A program made the position numbers and the translations under genes. A DNA stretch of 63,325 bases, counting the filler, from Chiloscyllium plagiosum (lineage: Eukaryota), in assembly GCF_004010195.1 (NCBI RefSeq). It is 3 parts of one record of this genome, joined end to end, with 100 filler letters (N's around TTAATTAATTAA, not from the genome) between each part and the next. Parts side by side here need not be neighbours in the genome. Positions count along the whole stretch, not along the records: positions 30,251 to 58,981 come from NC_057710.1; 2 more parts are not named here. The stretch is one strand, 5' to 3'. This document shows positions 38,187 through 51,136 of this stretch, piece by piece; position 1 is the first letter of the stretch, and every line of letters starts with the position of its first letter. The notes beneath the pieces are model-generated. The model worked only from the letters and a program-made list of their open reading frames with translations, searched no databases and was not told the DNA's origin.

Positions 38187-38834
38187 CGCCACACTTTTTG
38201 ACTCTGATCTCCAGCATCTGCAGTCCTCACTTTCTCCTGGGCTGAGATGTTTCCACTCTTGGTGGTAACTAGAGTTAGAGGGTGCAGTTTCAATTAAGTG
38301 TCTCCCATTAAAGAACAGTCCAGTGCAGGAACAGGCCCTTCGGCCTACCATGATGCCATTCTAAACTAATCCCATCTGCCTACCTATGGTCCATATCCAT
38401 CTATTCCCTGCCTGTTCATGTGTCTGTGTAAATGTGTCTTAAAATTTTGCTATCATATCTGCTTCTAGCACCTCCCCTGGCAGCACATTCCCACCATCCT
38501 CTGTAAAACTCATTTAAACATTTCCCCCTTTCTCCTTAAACCTATGCCCCTAGTATATGATATTTCCACCCTGGGGAAAAGACTCTAACTATCCACACCT
38601 CTCACTTTTTATATATTTATCAGGTCACCCCTCAGCCAACAATACTGTAGTGAAAACAATCCAAGTCTGTCCAACCTTTCCTTATAACTGATATACTCTA
38701 ATCCAGACAACCCCCTGGTAAACTTAATTGAAACTGCACCCTCTAGCTCTAGTTACCACCAAGAGTGGAAACATCTCAGCCCAGGAGAAAGTGAGGACTG
38801 CAGATGCTGGAGATCAGAGTCAAAAAGTGTGGCG
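38187..38834. repeat. 113-bp inverted repeat (38187-38299 / 38722-38834), one mismatch seen
   Basis: Arms compared base by base; also visible as the near-identical peptides of ORFs 38051- and 38728+. Confidence 0.9.
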
Positions 38835-39165
38835 GCACGGTGGTACAGTGGGCGGCACGGTGGTACAGTGGTTAGCACTGCTGCCTCGCAGCGTCAGAGA
38901 CCCGGGTTCAATTCCCGCCTCAGGCGACTGACTGTGTGGAGTTTGCACGTTCTCCCCGTGTCTGCGTGGGTTTCCTCCGGGTGCTCCGGTTTCCTCCCAC
39001 AGTCACAAAGATGTGCAGGTCAGGTGAATTGGCCATGCTAAATTGCCCGTAGTGTTAGGTAAGGGGTAAATGTAGGGGTATGGGTGGGTTACGCTTCGGC
39101 GGGTCGGTGTGGACTTGTTGGGCCGAAGGGCCTGTTTCCACACTGTAAGTAATCTAATCTATCTA
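38831..39165 (+). mobile_element. HE1-like V-SINE with duplicated 20-nt head
   Basis: ggcggcacggtggtacagtg twice, then a full SINE. Confidence 0.92.
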
Positions 39166-39169
39166 AAAT

Positions 39170-41090
39170 CTAAACCTCTTTCATCACCACCCCCCCCGCA
39201 AAGTCTCCTCATCTTTCCTGTCGTGTGGCACCAGAATTGCACACAATACTCCAAATGTGGCCTCACTAAAGTTTTAGACACCTAAAAAAAAATGATTTGC
39301 TAGCCTTTTATTCTCAGTGCCCTGACCGAAGAAGGCAATGTATCATAAGCCTTCTTTACCATTTTATCCAATTGCATTGTCATTTTCAGGAGCTATGGAT
39401 TTGCACACCAAGATCCCTCCTTATATCAATGCTCTTAAGGGTCCCACCATTTTCATGTCCACCATTTTCATAGTCAGACCGCCTAATTTTTTTCATCCAA
39501 ATCATTTATATTTACAACAAGCAAAAAGGGTCCTATCACTGGTCCTTACAGAACACCTCTGGTCACAAATCTCCAGTCAGAAAAACACCCCTCGACAACT
39601 ACCTTCTGTTTTCTGTAACCAAACCAATTTTGATCCAAAATTTTTACCAAACCTTACCAACTCAGTGTGGATCCCATGTGACCTAATCTTCTTGTCCAAC
39701 CTACCAAGAGGCACTGAATTAAATTTGTAAGACAATACCACCCCTGCATAAAGCCATGCTGATTATCTCTAATAATATTTGTTTTTCAAATGCAAGTAAA
39801 TTCTGTCCCTCACAAGCCTCACCAATAATTTTCCAACCACTAATGTAAGGCTTACCAGCCCATAATTTCCTGCATTTATCCCTGTTGTCCTTCATATACA
39901 AAAGAATAACACTGGCCATTCTCTTTGAGACCTCACCTGTGGCTAAAGATGAAACAAAAATCTGTTGAGATCCCAGCAATCTCCTCCCTTTCCTTGGATA
40001 GATTTAATCGGGCACTGGAAATTAACATACCTTAATATTTTTTTAAGATACATGACGCTCCCTCTTTCTTAATATCAACATACCCCCTCCCTAATCTTAC
40101 CATCATCTGTGTCCTCCTCTTCGGTGAATACTGATGCAAAGTATTCATTGGAGCTTCCTCTGACTTCACAAACAAAATCCCTCCTTTGTCCTTTCCCGAG
40201 TTATCCTCTTGCTCCTAATATATGTGAAAAATGCTTTGGGATTCTCCTTAATCTGACTTGCCAAGGACATTTCATGGTCCCCTTTAGCCCTGCTAGTTCC
40301 CCGTTTAATGTATTTCATGCTTCCTTTATAGTCCTCAAGAACATTGTCTGATTTCAGTTTCCAAAACCCTACATAGATTTCCTTTTTCTTTTTGACCAAA
40401 CTTTCATTATCGCGGCATCCTGCGTTCCTGAATCTTGCCGTTCTAATCTTTCATCCTCACAGGAACATGCAGGTCCTGAACTCTGATCAACTGGCCTTTA
40501 AAAGACTCCCACATGTCAGATGTGGATTTACCCTCAAACAGCCACTCCCAATCTAATTTCTCCAGTTCCTGCTTAATACTGTTGTAATTAGCCTTCTCCC
40601 CCATTGTTGGAACTTTCACCCAAGAACCAGTCTTGTCTTTATCTATAACTATCTTAATGCTTACAGAATTATGATCACTGTTCCCAAAAGGTTCCCCCAC
40701 TGCAACTTTGGTCACCTGGCCAGACTCCTTCTGCAACAGAAAGGTCTAGTATGGGCCTTTCCCTTGCTGGACTATTTACATATTGTTTCAAGAAACCCTC
40801 CTGGATGCACCGAACAAATTCTGCCTCATCCAAGCCCCTGACACTAAGGGAGTCCCAGTCAATATGGGGGGGGCGGGGGGTTCAAAATACTGACTACAAC
40901 AACTGTGTTGTTTAACATCTTTCCATGGTCTGTGTACATATCCAATTCCTGCTGGCTATTGGAAGCCTACAGTATAACCCCATCATAGTGACTAGACTTT
41001 TCTTATTCCGGAGTTCTATCCATATGAACTCGCTGGATGAGCCATCCAAGATCTCTCTTAGTACAACTGTGACATTAAAATGGAGATAAT
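39170..41090 (-). mobile_element. Old decayed CR1 ORF2 (continuation of 38310-38721)
   Basis: GEPFGNSDHNSV, LASQIKENPKAFFTYIRSKR, SSEFIWIELRNKK. Confidence 0.8.
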
Positions 41091-41899
41091 GAGGAATCTC
41101 TTCTCTCAGAGAATCACCTTTGGAATTCACTTCCTTGCAAGTGATGGAAGCCTGATCGTTGAGTAGATTCCAGACACCCTCCATGTTTGACAGGGCCTGT
41201 TCAAACAATTGGGATACAATTTGGGAGTATCTTCTCCCAGAGAAGGTTCACAAAAAGATCATTCTACAAAACCTACAGCACGGAAACAGACCATTGGGTC
41301 CAACTCGTGAGCCATGATCACCATTCACTTTCCACATGAGTTGGTTGTCATAACTGTGGTTACCTGTCTCTTGTCACATCCCATTCCCTTTTCTCCTTTG
41401 TTCAAATCTCCAATTGAATCTCAAATTCTGCTTCAACGAAATGATTTCCATAACCACATACCTCATTGTGAGAAGGAGGTTCTCCTGCCTTCGATCCAAT
41501 TTCTTTCACGTAGTCTTGTATCACTCCTCCTGCTCTCACCCCCTTGCCCAACAAAGTCTACTTCTACATACATCATTCCATTCTTTATACTTCACAGAAA
41601 TGATCGTGAACAAAGTCTGACCCTGAGCCCACAGGAAGATAGTCAACCACATGACCAAAAGCTTGGTCAAAAAGAGGTAGATTTCAAAGTACAAACGTAG
41701 GAGGAGGAGGAGAGATATATAGAGAGGTTTACAAAGAGGATTCCAGTGCTTGAGGCCCAGTAAAAGGCATAGCTACCAACGGGAAAGCAAATAAAATCAG
41801 GGTTTCTCGAGGAGCTACATATGGAGATTGTCAGACTACAGAAGATTAAAGCAACAGACAAAGCTATGGAGGGAATTACAAAGAATTCTTTTATTCATA

Positions 41900-42330
41900 T
41901 AAGCCTCAGTGGCTGTGCCTGCATTTATTGCCCAGAGGGCAATTAAGAGTCAACCACATTGCTGTGGGTCTGGAGTCACGTGTAGGCCAGACCAGGTAAG
42001 GATGACAATTTTCTTTCCTAGAGGATATCAGTGAACCAGAAGGGTTTCTCCTCAACAATCATTTCATTGTCATCACGAGATTCTTAATTCAAGATTATTA
42101 TTGAATTCATAATCCACCATCTGCCACGGTGGGATTCAATGAGGTAAAAGTAATGACTGCAGATGCTGGAAACCAGATTCTGGATTAGAGTGGTGCTGGA
42201 AAAGCACAGCCGTTCAGGCAGCATCCGAGGAGCAGGAAAATCGACGTTTCGGGCAAAAGCCCTTCATCAGGAATGCATTCAAATCCACATCCCCGGATCA
42301 TTACTGGGCCATTACCTCCTGATCCAGCGT
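41900..42330 (-). mobile_element. Family-B SINE with a Penelope terminal repeat inserted at ~42140-42276
   Basis: SINE core, then the insert flanked by attcaa. Confidence 0.75.
42238..42275 (-). ncRNA. Minimal hammerhead ribozyme motif (Penelope-type)
   Basis: Minus strand: CTGATGA-a-gggc tttt gccc-GAAA-cg-tc. Confidence 0.6.
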
Positions 42331-42495
42331 GGAAGATCCAATGTGCTTTGAGTCAGTCACCTGTTCTCATGGATAAGGGGCAGACAGATGGGATTTTAGA
42401 CAAGTAACTGCTTCAAGTGGCAACCCCAGGATTCCTGTCAGGTCTTAACAGTCCAGGATTGTCCTAGAATTCCAAGGAATGGTCTGGAGAGCCAG

Positions 42496-42820
42496 GACGG
42501 CAGGTTGGTTCAATGGTTAGTACCACTGCCTCACAGTGCCAGGGGCCTGGGTTCGATTCCAGCCTCGGCTGATTGTACAAATTCCACACAGACATTCTCC
42601 CTATGTCTGTGCGAGTTTCCTCCGGGCGCTCCGGTTTCCACCCACAATCCAAAGATGTGCAGGTCAGGTGGATTGTCTATGCTAAATTGCTCATAGTGTC
42701 AGGGATGTGTAGGTTAGGTGCATTAGCCATAGGAATTGCAGGGTTTTAGGGATGGGTCTGGGTTGAATGCTGTAGACTTGTTGGGCTGAATGGCCTGTTT
42801 CCATGTTGTGGACATTCTAT
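42496..42820 (+). mobile_element. HE1-like V-SINE, diverged
   Basis: Head, partial V-domain, tail. Confidence 0.8.
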
Positions 42821-44657
42821 ATTAAAAAGCACTCTGAGGAACACCCAAGAGAAAATCTAACTTAAATGCTTTTTTTTAAAAAAACGATTTCTTTGAATAT
42901 ATGTTGTAAAGATACTGGATGAGGCTCAATGGCAGGACAAAGCAAAATGAAACTTTGAGGAACATGCCCATAACTGCCAACTCTAAAACGAGAGCAAGTC
43001 AGCCACTGCGAGAGTTATCAGGGAAAGCTGCAGACACACACTGCTGGCACTTTACTGCGCGCACACACACACACACACAGCAAAAGTAGAGATTGACTTG
43101 AGTGTTGGGTGGGGACTCTGGCTATGAGACTTTTCCATTACTGATAATGTCGACACCCAGACTATTAACTTATCATTAAGGCTGCTGCTACACAATATCG
43201 GTTTTCATTTCTGCCTTCCTCGAAAAGAGAGAAATACCGCAGCACTTTAGATTTTTGGTGAATTAGTCACCCCAATCCTAAAAGGCGGGGGAAGTGAGGG
43301 CGGTCACTCAACTAGTTACACAAAGTGAGTTCAACAAACTGAAAAGTGAATCAAATTTGATTCTGGCAGTAATCAACCCTCACTCTCATTGAACTAAATT
43401 CCCTGCACAGTTATACCGCGATTAACCCTTACCCTGCTGAATTAGTATCACTGTATAATTACAGAGATTAACCCTTACCCTGAATTATTAGCTCTGTGCA
43501 CTTACACAGTGATTAACCCTTAGGCAAACTCTTATCAGCAAACACTGGTCGCAATCAGACAGAGATTGTCACAATTCTCTCAACTGTAGATCCACTCATA
43601 GATATCATTTACCTCAATCTAATTGCCTAACCCAATTTTATCTCCAGAGGCAATGAAATTTCATTACTAGGATCTGGTGATACAGCAGCAGTGGGAGGAC
43701 AAGGCTAGGTCTTACAGGGTGGGAGTGAGACAGACTGAGGGGGAGCAACGAAAGCATACAGGTTTGATTCCTGGGACAGAATGAATCAGAGAATGACAGG
43801 TCACTTTGGGTCTTAAGTTAAATTCAGGAAGCTGGAAGAGAGTGAATGTCTGTGAGAGGAATGCGCACGGGTATAAACGAGGATGGTGTCAGTGAGGGAG
43901 AACAGATGAGACACTGAAGGGGGAATTGGGATCTGAGGTTACTGAAGAATTCAATTCCTATCAGGAAAGCAGTTTGCAGGCACACCCCATGTACACCCAC
44001 ACTGAAAAAATGGTATCAACCACACTCTGTCTATTTAGAAACACAACATTAAGGATTAGAGAAGTTTCTATGTATGCAATGTTTCCTCTGCACGGCACAC
44101 AGCCCTGAGGTTGCAACACCTACACACTCACTGGGATGTTACATTCAACACAAGCACAACATTTTCTTTCATTTCACAGTTTGTTCCAAGCTCTAGCTGA
44201 GGGAGCTTGGAAGAAAAAAGAGCAAAACGTGGTGGATGTTGGGGCTGGGAGGCAACCTCTACTTTAAGCTGCTCCAGCTTGACAGCTTCATACAAGAGAA
44301 ACACGAGGGCAGTACAGACTGCTCAGCTGCAACAGCTCATGATGAGTGACTGAGCCAAACAGGCTCAGAGACTGCTAAACTCTCGCGCTTCTTTAGATAG
44401 AGTCAGCTGGACTGAGTCTGGCCAGCAATAACAATGCTACAAGATGACTAAGAACCTGGAGCTCAGAGAGGGTGAGGCTAACCCCACTCACTACCCCAGT
44501 GAACACAGCTGGGAAGGCTGGGGCACATCAAGTGTACACACTTTACCCTCACTCCAATCTACATTAAACAGCCAGCCAACACTAAACCCTGCAACCTCTA
44601 ACACTCAACATTGAGTTCAATAACATTGCAGCCTGAATCCACCCTTCCATATTTTTA

Positions 44658-44801
44658 AGGAGAAAGTGAGGGCTGCAGATGCTGGAGATCAGAGCTGAAA
44701 ATGCTTATGCCCGAAATGAAGGGCTTATGCCCGAAACGTCGATTCTCCTGTTCCTTGGATGCTGCCTGACCTGCTGCGCTTTTCCAGCAACACATTTTCA
44801 G
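44658..44801. mobile_element. Short inverted Penelope terminal-repeat insertion
   Basis: TSD cttccatattttta (44644-44657 and 44802-44815). Confidence 0.8.
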
Positions 44802-45650
44802 CTTCCATATTTTTACCCACACTCGGTTCTGTTATGACATGAGTTGCCTTTAGCATAGTCATCCATTCCCATGTATTCCCAGGTCCAGTATCACATTAAG
44901 GTTGGATTCAGCACAGTGAACCCATTCCTCACTCTAAGCTCCTATTATCACCTATTCAGCATTTTATTTGTCCCAGCATGCTGTCCATAATCTCATTTAC
45001 CTACCTCTTTCATACCTTTTCCCTTTGCCCTCACTTCAGGTTCATAAATACCACTTATTCCCAGCCACTAACAGTTCTGATGAAGAGTCACCGGACTCAA
45101 TGTTAACTGTGCTTTCTTCCCATACACCTGAGTTTCTCCAGCATTGTCTGCTTCCCTCACTATTGTGGTTCCCAGGAGAGGAGGCTGAAGTTGGCCAGCA
45201 AAGTTGGCCAATGGTCACACTGGAGTCAGGAGAACAAGCTGTCTGCCTCAAAGTATGTACACCTTAAGAAATAGGAACAGGAGCAGGCCATTCAGCCCTT
45301 TGAGTCTTTCCCACATTCAATGGGATCATAGCTGATCCAACATTCCTCATGTCCAATTTTCTTTCCCCGTAACCCTGGATTCTCCTAATCAGACATCAGA
45401 GCTGGTTGGCCACACACCTCATACCGCAGCCATTCAACACCTGTTCCCCAAACCTCACCCTTCCCGTTCCCCCAACCCCACTCTCCCTGTTTCCCTGTCC
45501 CTCCCACTCCCTATAGCCACCAAAATCCCCAGAACCTAATCCCTTCCACCACTGCCCAAACACACTTCCCCCTCCTCTCAAAAAAACAGCCAACCCCAAC
45601 ATCCCTCACCTTCTCACCAGCAACCCTAATCTCCCCACCCGGCACTCCCT

Positions 45651-45690
45651 CAGTTCTGAGGAAGGGTCACTCGACCCGAAACGTTAACTG
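45651..45690 (+). ncRNA. Minimal hammerhead ribozyme motif (Penelope-type)
   Basis: cagtt-CTGAGGA-a-gggtc actc gaccc-GAAA-cg-tt-aactg: perfect 5-bp stems I and II. Confidence 0.68.
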
Positions 45691-46789
45691 ATTTCTCTCC
45701 ACAGCTGGTGCCTGGCCTGCTGAGCTTTTGTTTTTGACTCCCTCAGCACTCACTGTCTTATATTGATGGTCTTTGGTTAGCCCAAGTGGCAACTCTCCAT
45801 TTTCATAACTTTAAAAACACTTCATGAAGTCACCTCTAAGCGTCCCCTCCTTTTTATAAAGGAGACCGAGCTTTCCAGAAAAATAGAACCTCTCGCCATG
45901 ACACGTCAGGTATCTCCCCATTTCCCCATCACATAAAACATTGATGTTTGGCTGCACAAACGACTAGTTGCCGCTCAGTGGGTCACATTCTTGCTCTGAA
46001 CGAGACATTTGTGGGTTCAAGCTCCACTGCACAGAGCTGGGCACAAAGTTCAGTATGATACTTCAGTGCCAGTTCACTGACAAGAGAAGATATAAAATTA
46101 AGGTAAACACAAAGGTTCTGATGCCACTATTTCAAAACCCACAACCACTTCCATTCAGATGGACAAGGGCAGCAGATACATGGGAACACCACCCTCTGCA
46201 ATTTCCCCTCCAAGCTGACCTCCTGACTTGGAAGTATAGGTAGTTCTTCAATAGCATGACAGTTGTGTTTTTGTACAACCTCGCATTATAGAAAAATCAC
46301 ACTTTAGAAACAGCGCTTAAAGTGTTGGCGATGTAACCGTATTTACTGTCACTGGGTCAAAATCCTGGAATTCCCTCCATGACGCACTGTGGGTGAACCC
46401 ATAGCACATGGACTGCAGCGGTTCAAGAAGGCAGCTCACCCCACCTTCTCAAGGGGCAACTAGGGACAGGCAAAAAATGCTGGGCCCAGCCAGTGATACT
46501 TACTTCCCACAAGTAAATTAAAAATTGCAATGTTACCTAAAACTGAAGCAAAATACTGTAGATGCTGGAAACCTGAAATAAGAACAGAAAGTGCTGGAGA
46601 AACTCAGCAGGAACAGAAGAGAGGCAGAAACATAGTTAACTTTTTCAGGAAGAGTCCGATTAGAGATGCATTGTTAACTCTGTTTCTCTCTCCATCGTTG
46701 CTGCCAGACCTGCTGAGTTTCTCCAGTACTGTCTGTTTTTATTACAAACAGGATGTTATTCCCAGTTAGCAGTATAGACACAACTGTTG

Positions 46790-46934
46790 AAAATGTGTTG
46801 CTGGAAAAACCCTTAGGGTTCATGCCCGAAACGTTGATTCTCCTGTTCCTTGGATGCTGCCTGACCTGCTGGGCTTTTCCAGCAACACATTTTCAGCTCT
46901 GATCTCCAGCATCTGCAGCCCTCACTTTCTCCTG
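46790..46934 (+). mobile_element. Short Penelope terminal-repeat insertion
   Basis: TSD gacacaactgttg (46777-46789 and 46935-46947). Confidence 0.8.
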
Positions 46935-47059
46935 GACACAACTGTTGTATGTTCACGGTCACGGATGAACGAGACAGGTTTTTAAACCAGGAATGGAATC
47001 CAAGGTTAAGGGGATAAGGCAGGAAAGATGATGAGGATTATCAGATCAGCTATAAGCTA

Positions 47060-47770
47060 GAGAGGCGATGGTCGAGTGGTATTATTACTAGACTAACAAT
47101 CCAGAGGAACATGTACTGTTCTGGGAACCTGAGTTCAAATCTCACCATGGATGGTTGGAATTATATTCAATTAAAGAGTCTAATGATCATGAAGCCATTG
47201 TCAGGAAAAACCCATCGGTTCACTAATGTCCTTCAGTGAAGGAAATCTGCCATCCTTACATGGTCTGGCCTATATGTGACTCCAGACCCACAGCAATGTG
47301 GCTGACTCTTAACTACCTTCTGGGCAATAAATGCTGGCCTAGCCAGCAACGCCTACTTTCCATGCCGGAATAAATCAAAAATCCCAATGATTGGCAGCAC
47401 GGATCCAATGGGTTGAACATCCTCTTATCTTATTTTCCATGGGGAAAGCAATGGCCTGTTGATATTGTCACTGGACTGTTAATCCAGGGACCCAGGTAAT
47501 GTTGTGGGGACCTGGCTTCGAATCCCGGCATGGCAGATGATGGAATTTGAGTTTAATAAATATCTGGAATTAAGTGTCCATTGGTGACCATAAATCCATT
47601 GTCGGTTGTTGTTAAAAACTCATGTGTTCACGGAGGAAGCTGCCATCCTTCCCTGGTCTGACCGACACGTAACTCCAGACCCGCAGCAATGTGGTTGACC
47701 CCCCCAATTGCCCTCTGGGCAATAAATGCTGATCTAGACAGCGAAGTCCTCATCCTGTGAATGAATTTTT
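47060..47770 (+). mobile_element. Two family-B tRNA-derived SINE copies
   Basis: Heads at ~47061 and ~47441 with A/B boxes; shared core and tail. Confidence 0.78.
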
Positions 47771-48378
47771 AAAAACTATCCCTTTGCACAAAATCCAGCT
47801 GCAGTCTAATAATAATGAGATCTTGCCAACTGACCACCGTGTGACCACAGTGACCAAACACTTCAAGCACTGAGACACTTTGGGACAGCCTGCGGTTAAG
47901 AAAGGTGCTAGAGAAACGCAGGTTCTTTCTTCTTCGAGCACACTTCTCCCACCAAGAAAATTCTTTTTCTGTTGCCAGGAATGCAGCCATTCTACTTTGT
48001 GAAACCCGTTCACTCCCTTCTCCCCCGGGTCCCTCATTAAAAACAACAAAAAAAAACTAAAACACTGCTTCTGGCAACTTTCGGGTGGAATGAAGCAAGT
48101 GGCTGGAAGAGCTCCGTGCCCGGAGCCACTGGGACTGCAGGGAGAGGGGGTTTGTTTTTCTGCTGTACACTGTAAAGAAGCGAGTCAGAGTGCGACCTGG
48201 CCCCCATCGAGGGGCCTCCACCCAAGACCCATTCCACAGACTCCGGGAAACTACACACAGGCACTGGCTCTCCATTCATCGCCGCTGCAGTGGGAAGCCA
48301 AGAGGCTGCCGCACACACACTTCACCTTCCCCACTGCACTCTGTAACTATAACCCTCTTCTAATTTCACCAGCTGGCA

Positions 48379-48878
48379 NNNNNNNNNNNNNNNNNNNNNN
48401 NNNNNNNNNNNNNNNNNNNNNNNNNNNNNNNNNNNNNNNNNNNNNNNNNNNNNNNNNNNNNNNNNNNNNNNNNNNNNNNNNNNNNNNNNNNNNNNNNNNN
48501 NNNNNNNNNNNNNNNNNNNNNNNNNNNNNNNNNNNNNNNNNNNNNNNNNNNNNNNNNNNNNNNNNNNNNNNNNNNNNNNNNNNNNNNNNNNNNNNNNNNN
48601 NNNNNNNNNNNNNNNNNNNNNNNNNNNNNNNNNNNNNNNNNNNNNNNNNNNNNNNNNNNNNNNNNNNNNNNNNNNNNNNNNNNNNNNNNNNNNNNNNNNN
48701 NNNNNNNNNNNNNNNNNNNNNNNNNNNNNNNNNNNNNNNNNNNNNNNNNNNNNNNNNNNNNNNNNNNNNNNNNNNNNNNNNNNNNNNNNNNNNNNNNNNN
48801 NNNNNNNNNNNNNNNNNNNNNNNNNNNNNNNNNNNNNNNNNNNNNNNNNNNNNNNNNNNNNNNNNNNNNNNNNNNNNN
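48379..48878. other. Assembly gap (500 N)
   Basis: N run. 100-nt gaps with an embedded TTAATTAATTAA also occur at 30151-30250 and 58982-59081. Confidence 0.99.
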
Positions 48879-49860
48879 CCTCCCCCTTTCTCTCGGGGAT
48901 CTGGGGTGGGGGGTGTTGCACGCGGCAGTCCCCTGCAACCGCAGATTGCGGTGGTTCACGGACTCCCAGCCCAACTGCTTGTTCTGCGGTGCTGTGGAGT
49001 CCGTGGACCATGTATATATTGGTTGTGGGCGTCTGCACTCCCTTTTTTGACTTTCTTAAAAATCTCCTCCTCTGCTTTTGGTTGCACTTCAGTCCCACGC
49101 TCCTGATCTTTGGGCACCCGGTACGGAGGAGGGAGGGCAGGTCTGAAGACCTCCTCGTGGATCTGCTCCTGGGCCTGGCCAAACTGGCCATTAACAGGTC
49201 CAGGCAGCGGGCCGTGGAGGGGGTCGTTAGGGCCGACTGCCTGCCCCTCTTCCGCGGTTACGTTAGGGCCGGGTGTCCTTGGTGGACACCGCGTGCTCCT
49301 TCTCCAACACCCTGGAGTTGTTCAGGGAGAGGTGGGTGCCGCAGGGAGTGAAGTGCATCATTTCCCCCTCCAACTCTATTTTGATTTAGTCCCTACCCTC
49401 CCCTTCACTGTTTTGATCACACAGCACTGCCCTTTGATGTGAAGGGCAGTGTTTGTCACTGGCCACCCGGGTGTTTTCCTATCTTCCTGGTGGTGGAAAG
49501 TGAATAAAGATTCGTGCACTTTGTGTCTTTCACTGTGTCTCACACCTGCACACATGCACCATGGGTGCTGGGGGAAAAATAAGCACTACCGCACTTAGGT
49601 GGTAGTGTAGGGGTTAAAAAGAGAAAGGAAAAAAAAATAAATAAACAGGAGATTCGGACACGCCTTGGCGTGCCCATTTGCCAAAAAAAAAGAAGTGTTT
49701 CCTGATGGTGGAATTTGAATAAAGATTCGTGCACTTTGTGTCTTGCACTGTCTCACACCTGCACACACACACCATGGGTGCTGGGGAAAAAAATATGCAC
49801 TACCGCACTTAGGTGGTAGTGTGGGGGTAAAAGAAAAAAATAATCAGGGGAAAAAAAAAA
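48879..49860 (+). mobile_element. Tx1/L1-clade LINE 3' end (CCHC zinc knuckle) with a duplicated 3' UTR
   Basis: CLFCGAVESVDHVYIGC then FWLHFSPTLLIFGHP...LLLGLAKLAINRSR; AATAAA; 49491-49620 is repeated at 49706-49833. Confidence 0.8.
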
Positions 49861-50209
49861 TCAGGGGATTGTAGAAAAGAAAAAAAATAAACAGGCGTTT
49901 CGAAGATTCTCTTCATTCTAGTGACTGGCTGTGAGCTGGCTGGTCAGAGCCCATGTCCTGTGCACCAGTAAATACGGTGTGACTGGGTGATGGCATACTG
50001 GCCTCTATGTTATTTGACCGGGGCTCAGGGGGTAACGTTGGGAGATGGTTGTAATTCAATGAGGTTTGTGAGATTGTGTGGAATGTGTCAGTTCATGTGC
50101 ACCAGAAATGGAAAATGGCAGTGACCACACCCAGAGTTGGGAGAGTCAGTGGTTCCTTTGTCTGTCTACAGAGTCAGGCTCCATTGTAAACAATGGAAGA
50201 CCATCAGGT

Positions 50210-50950
50210 CATACGAAGTAAAGGAATAGGCCATTCAGCCCCTCAAGACTGCTCCACCATTCAATCGGATCGTGGCTGATCTGACATCTGTCACATCCAC
50301 TTTCCTGCCTTTTCCCTATAACCCTTGAGTCCCCGACTGATCAAGAACCTCTCTCAGCCTTAAATATATGCAAGGGACTCTGCTCCCACAGCTCTCTCTG
50401 TGGCAAGGAATTCCATAGCATCACAACCCTCAGAGAGAAGAAATTCCTCCTCATCTCCGTTTTAAATTGGCGTCCCTTTATTCTGAGACCATGCCCTCTG
50501 GTCCTAGACTGTCTCACAAGGGGAAACATTCTCTCAGCATTGACCCTGTCGAGCCCCTTAAGAACCTTATATGTTTCACTGAGGTCACCTCTTATTCTCC
50601 TACACTCCAGTGGGTATTGTCCCAATCGGTTTCACCTTTGCTCATAAGACAATTGCTCCATACTGAGGATCATCCCAGTGAACCTTCTCTGAACTGCCTC
50701 CAAACAAAATGATATCTTTCCTTAAATAAGGAAGACACCTTTTACAGTTGCAGTAAGACTTCCCCACTCTTATACTCCAACCCTCTTGAAATCAGGGAAG
50801 ATTTCCACGAGCCTTCCTGATTACCTGCTGCACCTATGTGCTCGCTTTCATTGTTTCGTGCACAAGTTCCCCCAAGTCCCTTTGTGTTGCAGCTCTCTGC
50901 AGTTTCTCTCCATTTAAACAAAACTCTGTCCTTTTATTCTCCCTTCCAAG
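50210..50950 (-). mobile_element. CR1 3' fragment
   Basis: RRIRGDLSETYKVLKGLDRV..SRTRGHGLRIKG..RRNFFSLRVVMLWNSLP. Confidence 0.85.
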
Positions 50951-51136
50951 ATGGACAGAAATTTGAGGCTCTTCATGGGGCAATTATATTCATCATGAAC
51001 TTCCACAATGCAGGATGAAGGATTAGAGGGTAAAAGGAAGAGGCCACAATTATTGTTGGACTGTTAATCCACAGACCCAAGTAAGGCCCTGGGGACCTGG
51101 GTTCAAATTCAACCATGGGAGATGGTGGAATTTGTT

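Noticed and set aside
46240..46340. Possible DNA-transposon terminus inside a LINE tail
   Set aside because: Only one putative end; no matching TIR or TSD found.
48090..49191. ORFs of 200-340 aa crossing the N run
   Set aside because: Open only because of the 500-N gap.
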